In this document: piece after piece, positions 17,287-26,052 of the stretch | How the letters are laid out: every line of letters starts with the position of its first letter | Position numbering within the stretch: position 1 is the first letter of the stretch | Source of the DNA: Shigella phage ESh21 | Sequence record: ON528731 | DNA: 64,000 bases | Strand: one strand, 5' to 3' | Notes under the pieces: model-generated | Seen by the model: only the letters and a program-made list of their open reading frames with translations | What the model was told of the DNA's origin: nothing | Databases searched by the model: none | Translations under genes and position numbers: made by a program

Positions 17287-19656
17287 ATGCGTATGGTAAA
17301 TGACCACGCAGAGATTATCAAAAGTTCAGACACTTTAGAAACTTCTCAAGCTCAGATTAAGATGACACCTGAAATGTTTAGTCTTCTGAGTTCTGGTGTA
17401 TACACCTACAAAGAACGTGCTGTAATTCGTGAGTTATCCTGTAACGCAGTAGATGCTCACATTGATTCAGGTAATAGTGATAAACCTTTCTTGGTTCACT
17501 TACCAACTCGTTTTGAGCCGTACTTTGAAGTTCGAGACTTTGGTACTGGATTGACCCATGATAAAGTAATGAAACTTTACATGACCTACGGAGAGTCAAC
17601 AAAGAATGACTCAAATGACTACATCGGTGCTATGGGTATCGGTTCAAAGTCACCGTTTGCAATTGCTCAATCATTCACTGTATCAAGCTACGTTGATGGT
17701 GTTGTTAACAAGTACTCTGTATATCTTGAGAATGGTATTCCTCAAGTTACTAAACTGACTACTAACCCAACAACTGAACCAAATGGTTTAGCAGTTCGAG
17801 TAGCAGTCTCTGAGAGTCGCATTTCTAAGTTCCAAGAAGAAGCAAGTAATGTATTCTCATACTTTAAAGTTAAACCAGATTGCAACATTGAGTTCTTCGA
17901 TATTCTTGCAGCAATGACTTCAATCTCTCGTGAAGATGGTGTTTATGATGCAATGAAATACAAAGAGGGTTGGCGCTCAAACAATAACAGTGTTCACTTC
18001 AACGTTGTAATGGGGAATATTGCATACCCTGTTGAAATGGGTGAATTACTTGGTTCAGAATTTACAACGGTTCTGCCTCAGTTCTTCCGTAGTTCTGTAG
18101 ACCTTGTAAACATCTACATGCCGATTGGTTCAGTGGCTATTGCTGCATCTCGTGAAGCATTGCAGATGAACGACACTACCAAAAACAAAATTGTTGAAGC
18201 AGTTAAAAAGATTACTTCAACTATTGTTGAGGATGTTATTAAAGAGGTTGCAGACAAACCCACGTTGATTGACGCTGCACAAGCTTATGATGATATGAGG
18301 AAGAATGCTCGTGAAATATTCTATCACGTTAATGATAAGTTAGAGTGGCAAGGTCAGAACTTAGCAGACCTTGAACGTAAACTTTTGGGTATTCGCCGTG
18401 GTCAATTGGCTGAGACTGATGGTTCACCATCCTTCTTAAAAGATGAGAATGGTAACTTCCGTCTTGACAAAGATGGTAATCAGGTTCCTAATATCGGTAA
18501 CTTGTATGAACCTGTTGCATACTACAAATACAGCAGTCTTGAGAATCGTATTCGTGCAACTTCAGCCACGCATACACAAGACTCTGCAATGTTTAGTATC
18601 TTCGGTGCAATGAGTAAAGATAAGTTGAGCAATTACCTGTTCCTTATCAATGACCGTCGAAACAAGAATGGTACTGAAAAGACAACTGGTAAGAATCAGA
18701 TTATTCGTGGTGCTTGCCGTGACCGTGAACAAGAAGAGTCAAACTTCCGTCGCTACAATGGTATTGCATTCCTGTTTAACAGTCAGGAACAATTTGATGC
18801 GTTTGTAACGCTACACATGCTTGATAAGAGTCTGCTAAGTGTTCACAATATGTCATCTAAAGAGCACCATTACGAGAAACGTACAATTACTCGTGGAGTT
18901 GTTAAACTCTACAAAGCTTTTGTCTTCAATGATGACCAAGTAGGTTACTCAGAAGTTAAAGAGAACTTTGATGAGATTGAAGAACCACAACTTTACATCA
19001 AAGCACAAAGTGATGAAGTAATTGGTGGCTTGTTCTCATGTTCTCCAGAGACTGCTGCTAAACTCGTGACAGAGTTAACTGGGCAGTCTGTGTATGTCTT
19101 CCGTAAAGCAAACTGGAAGAAAGTACCGGAAGACTGGATTGAAGTAACTGAACAAGTCTTCAAAGATTATGTTGACAGTTCTCATTGGGTAGATTACCAT
19201 CGTCACATGATTTACCAGTGGGCTGCAAATAAGTGTGACCTGACTGATAAACATATTATTTCTCGTGAATTTACGTTTAATAATAAGAAGAAGTCTAAAG
19301 GTTATGTTTACTCCAAGGATATCAAATTTACGATGTTCTTAGAAGGTAACGAAGACGCTGTAGAAGCAATGTTTGGACGTTTGGCTTACTCTGCTGGGAC
19401 TATTGCTTATGAGGGTACTAGCAGTGTTCTGGAGTCCTTACGTAAAGCAATGCGGCCTAAGACTAAGATGAGACAGTCTCTTGACAAAGCTAAGAGCCGT
19501 CTTAAAAGGAAAATTGAGAAGTATTTTGAGCATCGTCGCACAGAAAACTTCTTGCTTTCTAACTTAGACTGGAATAAAGTATCACCTGTTGAGGTTGGTA
19601 AGTTCTTAGGGTTTGATGTTAAGCACATCCCAGAAGATACTAATTCTTGGTCTTAA
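17287..19656 (+). CDS. rIIA: rIIA protector from prophage-induced early lysis
   Basis: 789 aa; N-terminal VIRELSCNAVDAH and DFGTGL...IGAMGIGSKSPF match the T4 rIIA ATPase-like region (memory-based). Confidence 0.8.
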   Translation: MRMVNDHAEIIKSSDTLETSQAQIKMTPEMFSLLSSGVYTYKERAVIRELSCNAVDAHIDSGNSDKPFLVHLPTRFEPYFEVRDFGTGLTHDKVMKLYMTYGESTKNDSNDYIGAMGIGSKSPFAIAQSFTVSSYVDGVVNKYSVYLENGIPQVTKLTTNPTTEPNGLAVRVAVSESRISKFQEEASNVFSYFKVKPDCNIEFFDILAAMTSISREDGVYDAMKYKEGWRSNNNSVHFNVVMGNIAYPVEMGELLGSEFTTVLPQFFRSSVDLVNIYMPIGSVAIAASREALQMNDTTKNKIVEAVKKITSTIVEDVIKEVADKPTLIDAAQAYDDMRKNAREIFYHVNDKLEWQGQNLADLERKLLGIRRGQLAETDGSPSFLKDENGNFRLDKDGNQVPNIGNLYEPVAYYKYSSLENRIRATSATHTQDSAMFSIFGAMSKDKLSNYLFLINDRRNKNGTEKTTGKNQIIRGACRDREQEESNFRRYNGIAFLFNSQEQFDAFVTLHMLDKSLLSVHNMSSKEHHYEKRTITRGVVKLYKAFVFNDDQVGYSEVKENFDEIEEPQLYIKAQSDEVIGGLFSCSPETAAKLVTELTGQSVYVFRKANWKKVPEDWIEVTEQVFKDYVDSSHWVDYHRHMIYQWAANKCDLTDKHIISREFTFNNKKKSKGYVYSKDIKFTMFLEGNEDAVEAMFGRLAYSAGTIAYEGTSSVLESLRKAMRPKTKMRQSLDKAKSRLKRKIEKYFEHRRTENFLLSNLDWNKVSPVEVGKFLGFDVKHIPEDTNSWS

Positions 19657-19662
19657 AAGAGT

Positions 19663-19691
19663 TTGACAGGGGCTGAAAAGCCCCTTAGAAT
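19663..19691 (+). promoter_or_regulatory. sigma70-type promoter with GC hairpin in spacer
   Basis: TTGACA - 17 nt (GGGGCTGAAAAGCCCCT) - TAGAAT. Confidence 0.5.
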
Positions 19692-19726
19692 ACGAAACTG
19701 TTAATTAACTAAAGAGAGATATTAAG

Positions 19727-20836
19727 ATGACTACTAAAACTAAAGCACAAATCGACGCAGAAATCTATGCACTGGTAATGGAAGGTAAACTGACCAAGAC
19801 TGCCATTGCAAATCGTTACAAAACTTCAACTCGTTCTGTTGGTCGTGCTGTAGAACGTCACCAAGCAACTCTGGGTAAGGCTCCAGCTAAACCAGCCAAA
19901 ACTCTGAAGTCTATTGCAAAAGCTGCTAAGACTTCTAAGAAAGCAACTTCCAAGACTACTGTTGTAAAAGCTGTTAAGAAAGAAGAAGTCAAAGCCGAAC
20001 CAGTAAATGCTCTACATGATGCAATGCAAAGTAACAGCAAGATTGAGTACATGATTACTGGGGATTCTGTTATCATGACTTTCGGTGCAGAGTCTGAGAT
20101 TGTTGAATCAACTCATCCAAACTTTGCAGAAATCAAAGTAGCAGTCGTTTCAGGTGAGTACAAGAAAGCATTTGACCTTATGAATATCCGTAAGTCTATT
20201 GAGAACTTCACTCAGGGTGCTATCACTATCAAGGGTGATAACCTGTACTACGGTGCTGTTCAGATGCGTTCAACTCTGGTAGACCGTATCCTGACCATGA
20301 TGAAGAATGGTGATGAAGGATTTACCCATCTATTAGCGTTCTTCGAGAAGCTGATGGAAAACCCATCCAAAGATTCTGTAGAACAACTTTGGGGATTCGT
20401 ATCACATCTTGACGTTGAGATTGACGAAGAAGGTTACATTATTGGTTGGAAGAAAGTAACTAGCCGTGGTGGTAAACTGTTTGACTCTCGTACTTGCAAG
20501 GTTCCTAATGATTTGGGTAACATTGTAGAGATGCCACGTTGGATGGTTGATAATAACCGTAACGTAACTTGCTCTCAGGGTCTTCATGTTGGTGCTTGGG
20601 ATTATGTAACAAGCTTCTCTGGAGATACCATCCTGAAAGTTCGTGTACACCCACGAGATGTTGTATCAGTACCAACTGATTACCAAGATATGAAAATGCG
20701 AGCTTCCCGTTATGAAGTAGCAGCAATCGTGAATGGCCGTCGTGAAGTTGTTAAAGAGTGGGATGGTTCAGAAGCACTACACGTAGTTGTAGGTACTGCT
20801 GGTGAACTGATTTCTCAGCGTAAACGTGAAGTTTAA
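19727..20836 (+). CDS. rIIB: rIIB protein
   Basis: C-terminal VRVHPRDVVSVPTDYQDMKMRASRYEV matches the conserved rIIB C-terminus; Lys/Ala-rich linker near N-terminus. Confidence 0.75.
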   Translation: MTTKTKAQIDAEIYALVMEGKLTKTAIANRYKTSTRSVGRAVERHQATLGKAPAKPAKTLKSIAKAAKTSKKATSKTTVVKAVKKEEVKAEPVNALHDAMQSNSKIEYMITGDSVIMTFGAESEIVESTHPNFAEIKVAVVSGEYKKAFDLMNIRKSIENFTQGAITIKGDNLYYGAVQMRSTLVDRILTMMKNGDEGFTHLLAFFEKLMENPSKDSVEQLWGFVSHLDVEIDEEGYIIGWKKVTSRGGKLFDSRTCKVPNDLGNIVEMPRWMVDNNRNVTCSQGLHVGAWDYVTSFSGDTILKVRVHPRDVVSVPTDYQDMKMRASRYEVAAIVNGRREVVKEWDGSEALHVVVGTAGELISQRKREV

Positions 20837-20852
20837 TTAGTAAGAATCCTAA

Positions 20853-20880
20853 AGGGCTGCTTCGGCAGCCTTTTTTATTT
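20853..20880 (+). terminator. rho-independent terminator
   Basis: GGGCTGC-TTCG-GCAGCC + TTTTTTATTT. Confidence 0.7.
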
Positions 20881-20906
20881 GAAAAATGTGCAGGATGGTG
20901 TATAAT
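20879..20906 (+). promoter_or_regulatory. sigma70-type promoter
   Basis: TTGAAA - 16 nt - TATAAT upstream of 20914 gene. Confidence 0.5.
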
Positions 20907-20913
20907 TGTCTGC

Positions 20914-21486
20914 ATGTTTAACAAAATAGGAGACCCAATGAAGAAATTCATTTTAGGTTTGTGCTTATTATTAACAGCACATGTTGCTACAGCGTCAGAT
21001 TGTCCAGAACTAACAATTAGCCAGAAAGTTAACATGTTAAAGGCTTACAATTATGGCGAGAAAGAGATGGGACAAGGTTGGGGAATCCCATTAGCAGCTA
21101 TAGCCTTACAAGAGTCACAATTAGGTGTCAAGGTTGTTAATAAAAAGACTCACGATTATGGAGTGTTCCAGAATCATTTGAAGACTGTTGTAAAGCGTAA
21201 CAAGATTTCACCTAACGTTGCAAAGAGAAAGCTTATCAGTGATTTCCATTACTCAGCTAAAGAGGCTCACAAGGAACTTCTTTTCTGGACAAATGTACAT
21301 GGTCACCCAAATGGAAAGTATTCTATGAAGCGTGTCTTAGCATCTTATAATGCTGGTTACAAATATAAGATTCCAAAGGCTAGACAATACTCTCAAGACG
21401 TGTACAATAACATGCAACTGCTTGCTCAATGTGAGTTTGCAACAAACATTAAAAAGGTAAAATATGAGCGAATCAAAACAATTTGA
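20914..21486 (+). CDS. secreted protein with lytic transglycosylase (SLT)-like motif
   Basis: N-terminal signal peptide MKKFILGLCLLLTAHVATA; ALQESQLG...DYGVFQN resembles the SLT catalytic E-S ... GLMQ region. Confidence 0.4.
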   Translation: MFNKIGDPMKKFILGLCLLLTAHVATASDCPELTISQKVNMLKAYNYGEKEMGQGWGIPLAAIALQESQLGVKVVNKKTHDYGVFQNHLKTVVKRNKISPNVAKRKLISDFHYSAKEAHKELLFWTNVHGHPNGKYSMKRVLASYNAGYKYKIPKARQYSQDVYNNMQLLAQCEFATNIKKVKYERIKTI

Positions 21487-22159
21487 TAAGGTGCTGTGTC
21501 ATGCTTATGATATCAAACCTTTGGATTTAGATATCAGTTCTGCAAGCTGGTCAGAAACTGTTAAAGCTGACTTTGCAGATACAGCAAGATATGTTGTGTG
21601 TCGTTTTGAAGATTTTCACTCAACGATGACAAAGATTCCTTGTCAAGATTTGCTAACTGGTAAGACTGTGTATGTAAATCGTAACAGCCTCATCTTAGTT
21701 GCAAAAGACTTAGAAGCAAAACGTAAAATGGTTCTGGCAGATATTGACGGAGTTCTTACAAGCTTTGACAAAAGTCTTAATGCAACCTTGTTAGATGATG
21801 GTACTTACTCACAGTACACAAACTTGGTAGACTCTCACAGGGCTAAACCAACTTATGTTTTTAACATCCTATGTGGAATCTCACAGAATGCTGATATAGG
21901 ATTCTTAACTGCTCGTGGTGAATCACAAAGAGTGGTTACACATCTCTTCCTGAATGAGAACACAGACAGTGACTTCCTACTATTTATGCGTGGATTCGGT
22001 GACAATGAGATTAGTGCAGAAAGTTTGAAAGTTCGTATGCTTCAGTCTTGCATTCTACCTTACTATGATGTAGTATGCTTTATAGAAGATACAGTAAAGA
22101 ACGTGGCAAAGGTCGAAAGAATCCTTCCACACATTAAAACAATGTTAGTTAAAAACTGA
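21464..22159 (+). CDS. hypothetical protein with HAD-like DxDG motif
   Basis: VLADIDGVLTSFD resembles HAD phosphatase motif I. Confidence 0.4.
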   Translation: MSESKQFDKVLCHAYDIKPLDLDISSASWSETVKADFADTARYVVCRFEDFHSTMTKIPCQDLLTGKTVYVNRNSLILVAKDLEAKRKMVLADIDGVLTSFDKSLNATLLDDGTYSQYTNLVDSHRAKPTYVFNILCGISQNADIGFLTARGESQRVVTHLFLNENTDSDFLLFMRGFGDNEISAESLKVRMLQSCILPYYDVVCFIEDTVKNVAKVERILPHIKTMLVKN

Positions 22160-22170
22160 GAGATAAAACC

Positions 22171-22635
22171 ATGCAAAATATTATCACAGTAGCTATCGAT
22201 GCAACCGGAAACAAATCTGAAGTTGTTCGTCGTATCATCAAAGACAACTTTGAAGGTAAAATCTTCCGAGCAGTAAACGTCAAAGCTGACGGAGAAATTC
22301 GTGAGTATCGTGCTCTGCTGAATGTTTCTAAACACGTTAAAGGTGTTGGTTCTACAACTGCCCACAAAGAAAATCTGATGACCATCTATGATATGGGTAT
22401 GGCTTCAGAACTTGGTGCAGCAGGGATTGTAAAACAGGGAGCACCATACCGTTCCTTCAATCTGGAAACTGCTCTTATGCTTTCCTTCACAAGTGGTGAA
22501 AAGACTACCACTTATCTGTTTACTGATGCTGCAACGGTATCAGCTATCAAGGACAGCACCATTAAAGCTGGGGTTAACGCTGCTGCTAAAGCCTCAACAA
22601 TGGCTGCAAATGTGCTTGCTAAAGTTCTAGGTTAA
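22171..22635 (+). CDS. hypothetical protein
   Basis: 154-aa ORF with GAGA RBS. Confidence 0.5.
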   Translation: MQNIITVAIDATGNKSEVVRRIIKDNFEGKIFRAVNVKADGEIREYRALLNVSKHVKGVGSTTAHKENLMTIYDMGMASELGAAGIVKQGAPYRSFNLETALMLSFTSGEKTTTYLFTDAATVSAIKDSTIKAGVNAAAKASTMAANVLAKVLG

Positions 22636-22645
22636 GGTTAATATA

Positions 22646-22669
22646 GAGGCTCCTTCGGGAGCCTTTTTC
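22646..22669 (+). terminator. rho-independent terminator
   Basis: GAGGCTCC-TTCG-GGAGCC + TTTTT. Confidence 0.7.
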
Positions 22670-22687
22670 ATTTCTAGGAGAAGTTAA

Positions 22688-23035
22688 ATGACATTTAAAG
22701 AATTTTGTCAAGCTGCTTTTGTAATCATGTTTCTGTTAGGTGTTGGTGCTTGGGGAGGTTATACTTACAAGACCAGCCAAGTTAACGAGAAAGAGTTGAC
22801 TAATCAGAGATTGGTTAGTGTTGCTAAGGATGCTTACCAAGAAGGTTTAGCAAACCTTAGCGCTAATTACAAAAACGATTTGAAAGATGTGCTTGCTAAA
22901 AACAAACACACAAAAGAGGTATTAACTTATGAAAAAACTAAGACAGAGTTTCTTAATATTTGTGCTACTGAGTCTTATGTCAGGGTGTTCAATGAACAAG
23001 GTGAACAGTACCTTCAAAAACTCCCAAGTAAGTGA
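22688..23035 (+). CDS. i-spanin-like protein (N-terminal TM, coiled-coil)
   Basis: 115 aa; TM helix FVIMFLLGVGAWGGY then charged helical region; 3' part overlapped out of frame by a lipoprotein ORF. Confidence 0.4.
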   Translation: MTFKEFCQAAFVIMFLLGVGAWGGYTYKTSQVNEKELTNQRLVSVAKDAYQEGLANLSANYKNDLKDVLAKNKHTKEVLTYEKTKTEFLNICATESYVRVFNEQGEQYLQKLPSK

Positions 23036-23198
23036 GAGTGACAAGTACACTCAGGAAGAAACTAGGTACACTGTCAAAGGTACTAAGGGTGAAGACCTTG
23101 CTAGTGCTATGGAGTTTTATCGTGATGGATTCTATGAATGTGCTATCAAGGCAAACAATTTGATTGATATGATTTTGTTAGGGAATAAGCAGCAATGA
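22929..23198 (+). CDS. o-spanin-like lipoprotein
   Basis: 89 aa; signal peptide with lipobox-like LSLMSGC; starts inside 22688..23035 in another frame (Rz/Rz1-like arrangement). Confidence 0.4.
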   Translation: MKKLRQSFLIFVLLSLMSGCSMNKVNSTFKNSQVSESDKYTQEETRYTVKGTKGEDLASAMEFYRDGFYECAIKANNLIDMILLGNKQQ

Positions 23199-23464
23199 CA
23201 GAGAAGAATGAAACGTTCTATGTAGAAGGTTATCTACTACTCCCAAGACCAAGCAACACTTACATGAGAATTGACTTCTTACCAACAATCATGGATGATA
23301 TCATGTGTCACCTATTCATACAGGGAATCACGGCACAGTTAAAACATGTTGGAAGAGAATGTAAGATTCGTGTTGACAACCATCCTGAAATCAAAGAGAA
23401 TCACTATATCTGGTTCGGTGAAGATTCCAAAGAAATCTACGCAACGTTAAAAACGAGGGAATGA
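23195..23464 (+). CDS. hypothetical protein
   Basis: 89-aa ORF, ATGA coupling. Confidence 0.4.
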   Translation: MTEKNETFYVEGYLLLPRPSNTYMRIDFLPTIMDDIMCHLFIQGITAQLKHVGRECKIRVDNHPEIKENHYIWFGEDSKEIYATLKTRE

Positions 23465-23631
23465 TTGTGGACAAACAGAAGCTTCTTAACTTGATTGAAG
23501 AGTATGGTGATACCCGTTTTAATATTGGTATTGCACAGGTTAAAGATTCAATTGAAAACTCTACCTTATGGGAAGAAGCTTCAGAAGCAATCTTACAACA
23601 AATTAAAGAGGTAATCTCTAATGGAACTTAA
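23461..23631 (+). CDS. small hypothetical protein (56 aa)
   Basis: ATGA overlap with upstream stop, fills gap 23464-23621; below ORF-track cutoff. Confidence 0.3.
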   Translation: MIVDKQKLLNLIEEYGDTRFNIGIAQVKDSIENSTLWEEASEAILQQIKEVISNGT

Positions 23632-23947
23632 TGGTAAAACCATTGTAGCCGTATTCTCAGATAATGAGAAAGATATTGGTGTAGCCCAAGTGACATATGG
23701 CAATGGTGAGTTTCTATATGGTGTAATCGCCATGATTGGTACAAGAGGTGATACCCCAACATTCCAAGATTGTGTACATAAGCTTGAAGAGTCTGTTAGA
23801 AATCATTGGTGTCTCGTTTGGATGAACGATAATGATATCAAAGAGCGTTACGCTAAAATTGGTATTGACATTGTTGGAATTGAACATGTAGACTTGTATC
23901 AACTAACTGAAAAGGTGATGTATGAAAGCAATAATCACACGCTGTAA
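23621..23947 (+). CDS. hypothetical protein
   Basis: 108-aa ORF. Confidence 0.45.
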   Translation: MELNGKTIVAVFSDNEKDIGVAQVTYGNGEFLYGVIAMIGTRGDTPTFQDCVHKLEESVRNHWCLVWMNDNDIKERYAKIGIDIVGIEHVDLYQLTEKVMYESNNHTL

Positions 23948-24176
23948 GAAGACTAGAAAAGCACTTGGTGGTGCAATCTTTGTAGGTCGCCGAGAAGTAA
24001 TTCCATTTAGCGCAAAGATTTGTGAAGGTTCTGTGTTAGGGCATAGACATTTCAAAGATGGTGATTTCAAACATTACGTAGGCAAGTACCTGAGTGAGTC
24101 ATTGGGAGAGTACAAACAACGCCAATATAAAACTCACAATGATGTTTTCTTCCAAGAGGTAATTTCAAATGGCTGA
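23922..24176 (+). CDS. hypothetical protein
   Basis: 84-aa ORF. Confidence 0.4.
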   Translation: MKAIITRCKKTRKALGGAIFVGRREVIPFSAKICEGSVLGHRHFKDGDFKHYVGKYLSESLGEYKQRQYKTHNDVFFQEVISNG

Positions 24177-24369
24177 TTTCTGCAAAGATTGCTCTATTGA
24201 AATGTTTGGACGAGATACAGGAGACTTGAAAGGTCTTATCACTGAAGAAGATTTCAAAGCTGGTTATGCTATGCCAACACTCTGTGAAGGTTGTGGTGGA
24301 ATCTGGGTAGACCATGAAGGGCAACGTGTAAAACCTTCTGAAGATAAAGAATCGTGGGAGAAATGGTAA
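24169..24369 (+). CDS. small zinc-ribbon protein
   Basis: 66 aa with CKDC ... CEGCGG cysteine pairs. Confidence 0.4.
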   Translation: MADFCKDCSIEMFGRDTGDLKGLITEEDFKAGYAMPTLCEGCGGIWVDHEGQRVKPSEDKESWEKW

Positions 24370-24370
24370 C

Positions 24371-25165
24371 ATGGGCATTGTAAAAATCATTAAAGGTGAT
24401 ATCTTTGAAGCCTTTGATAACCAGAAGTTTGATATCATTGGTCACGGATGCAACTGCATGAACTTGATGGGTGCAGGTATTGCAGCAACAATCTCAAAAC
24501 GCTACCCAAAAGCTTATGAGACTGACGCTGAAGTTTATGAGACAGTTGGTGGTGAGAACCATAAACCTGTACATCTTATGCTTGGCAATATCTCTGTAGC
24601 ACGTTTCAAGCAGGGTCGAATTGCTAACCTATACACTCAGGTTATCACTGGTAAAGATGCACGTTACAATGCCTTAGAAGCAGCTTTGCAGCGTCTTAAC
24701 AACTACTGCAAAGTAAACCAGCTTAAGAAGGTTGGTCTTCCAATGATTTGTGCAGGGATTGGTGGTCTGGATATCTTTGCAGTTACTTCAATCATTAACC
24801 AGACAATGAAAGATGTAGACGTTTACCTTTATGTCTATGAAGAAACAATGCACAGACGACTAACCAATAACATAGTTGGTTGGAACAACTACAGTGAACC
24901 TCAACACTTTGATGGTGTCGCAGTTGTGAAGGATAATCAAGTTACACTACGGGTAAAACGGAAGGGTAAGGTGCATAAAAGTAACCCTCCGGTTGAGAAG
25001 TACTCTCTGAGTAACGCTCAAGTTACCCACCCGTTACATGACCACTGTTTGAGAGCAGTAACATTTGGTGACAATGCAAGTGTTTACCTTCTTGCACAAG
25101 ACCATGAAGAAGCTGATAAGATTATCTCTGATAAACGTTTTAGCTTTGTTGAAGCACGTAACTAA
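24371..25165 (+). CDS. macro domain protein (ADP-ribose binding/hydrolase-like)
   Basis: IKGDIFE...DIIGHGCNCMNLMGAGIAATISKRYP and GLPMICAGIGGLD follow the macro-domain GD(I/V)T, N-x6-GGGV, G-x-P-x-I-S-x-G pattern (compared from memory with E. coli YmdB). Confidence 0.55.
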   Translation: MGIVKIIKGDIFEAFDNQKFDIIGHGCNCMNLMGAGIAATISKRYPKAYETDAEVYETVGGENHKPVHLMLGNISVARFKQGRIANLYTQVITGKDARYNALEAALQRLNNYCKVNQLKKVGLPMICAGIGGLDIFAVTSIINQTMKDVDVYLYVYEETMHRRLTNNIVGWNNYSEPQHFDGVAVVKDNQVTLRVKRKGKVHKSNPPVEKYSLSNAQVTHPLHDHCLRAVTFGDNASVYLLAQDHEEADKIISDKRFSFVEARN

Positions 25166-25233
25166 GTAACTTTGTAAAGTATTCACAATAGAGTAAGCCT
25201 TTCTTGTTCTTGCAAACACAAGGTAAGGAGGGC

Positions 25234-25424
25234 TTTTTCATTTCAAAATCGTGCAGATAAAGGTCTATAAAGAAATCTGTAGAGTGAAATCAAAGTCAAC
25301 TCCAAAGGGAAAATTCATTTTCAATTTGTGCAGGTGAACTCCAAAGAGCTTTTTCATTTCAAAATTGTGCAGAGAAAAATCAGGTCGGGCAAGAAAATTC
25401 ATTTTCAATTTGTGCAGGTAGCCA
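25234..25424. repeat. tandem duplicated about 90-bp unit containing TTTTCATTTCAAAAT(C/T)GTGCAGA and AAATTCATTTTCAATTTGTGCAGGT
   Basis: two copies of each sub-repeat at 25234/25350 and 25309/25399, non-coding. Confidence 0.7.
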
Positions 25425-25427
25425 GAT

Positions 25428-25472
25428 ATAGCCAGCCAGCCCCACCACCCCCTCTTACTCCCCTTCCTCCCA
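25428..25472 (-). other. G-rich tract with G-quadruplex potential (C-rich on plus strand)
   Basis: plus strand CCAGCCAGCCCCACCACCCCCTCTTACTCCCCTTCCTCCC; minus strand has four or more G3-5 runs; atypical in AT-rich context. Confidence 0.5.
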
Positions 25473-25671
25473 AAAGTCAAGAGAAAAATTTGTAGCGGAT
25501 TAAAAAATAATTCTTGACTAGTTTTCTGTTTAGTGCTATGTGTACGCGCCCGTTTCATTCACAACATGCCAAAAATATTTTTAAAAATTTGCTTGACTCT
25601 AAAAAACCAGTCTTATAGTATTTGCATCAACGGGAAGCAATCCCAACAATCCTAAACTGGAGATTCAAAAA

Positions 25672-25878
25672 ATGTTATATCAACGGGAATTAATGATTGT
25701 CGATAATAACAAAACTAAAAAACGTCGCTTCTTTATGTTAATCTGTGACGTGTGGCAAAGAATATCTGAAAAGGATTATGACAAGTATGTTGATACATCA
25801 ATCAGGTCGGATTGTTATTTGACAAATCACACAAGACAGTTTACAAGACATACAGCAGTTTACTACTATGACGTTTAA
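25672..25878 (+). CDS. small orphan protein
   Basis: preceded by conserved CCTAAACTGGAGATTCAAAAA RBS module. Confidence 0.45.
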   Translation: MLYQRELMIVDNNKTKKRRFFMLICDVWQRISEKDYDKYVDTSIRSDCYLTNHTRQFTRHTAVYYYDV

Positions 25879-25890
25879 AAGGGCTTGACA

Positions 25891-26052
25891 ATGATTAAAG
25901 AAAGCAATGTAATACGTTACAAGGATTTAGACGGCTACCCTAAAACGGGAAAAGTTTTCTATCTTTACAAGTCAGTGATGGGTAATGACTGCATAGCCCT
26001 AACAAATGGCGACAAAATAACCATGAAAGATTTTATAAAAATTATTGCATAA
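25891..26052 (+). CDS. small orphan protein (53 aa)
   Basis: fills gap between cassette genes; weak RBS; below cutoff. Confidence 0.3.
   Translation: MIKESNVIRYKDLDGYPKTGKVFYLYKSVMGNDCIALTNGDKITMKDFIKIIA

Noticed and set aside
25265-25558. 97-aa minus-strand ORF across the tandem repeats
   Set aside because: Its sequence repeats (HKLKMNF twice) because it reads through the 90-bp tandem duplication; no RBS; treated as an artefact of the repeat.
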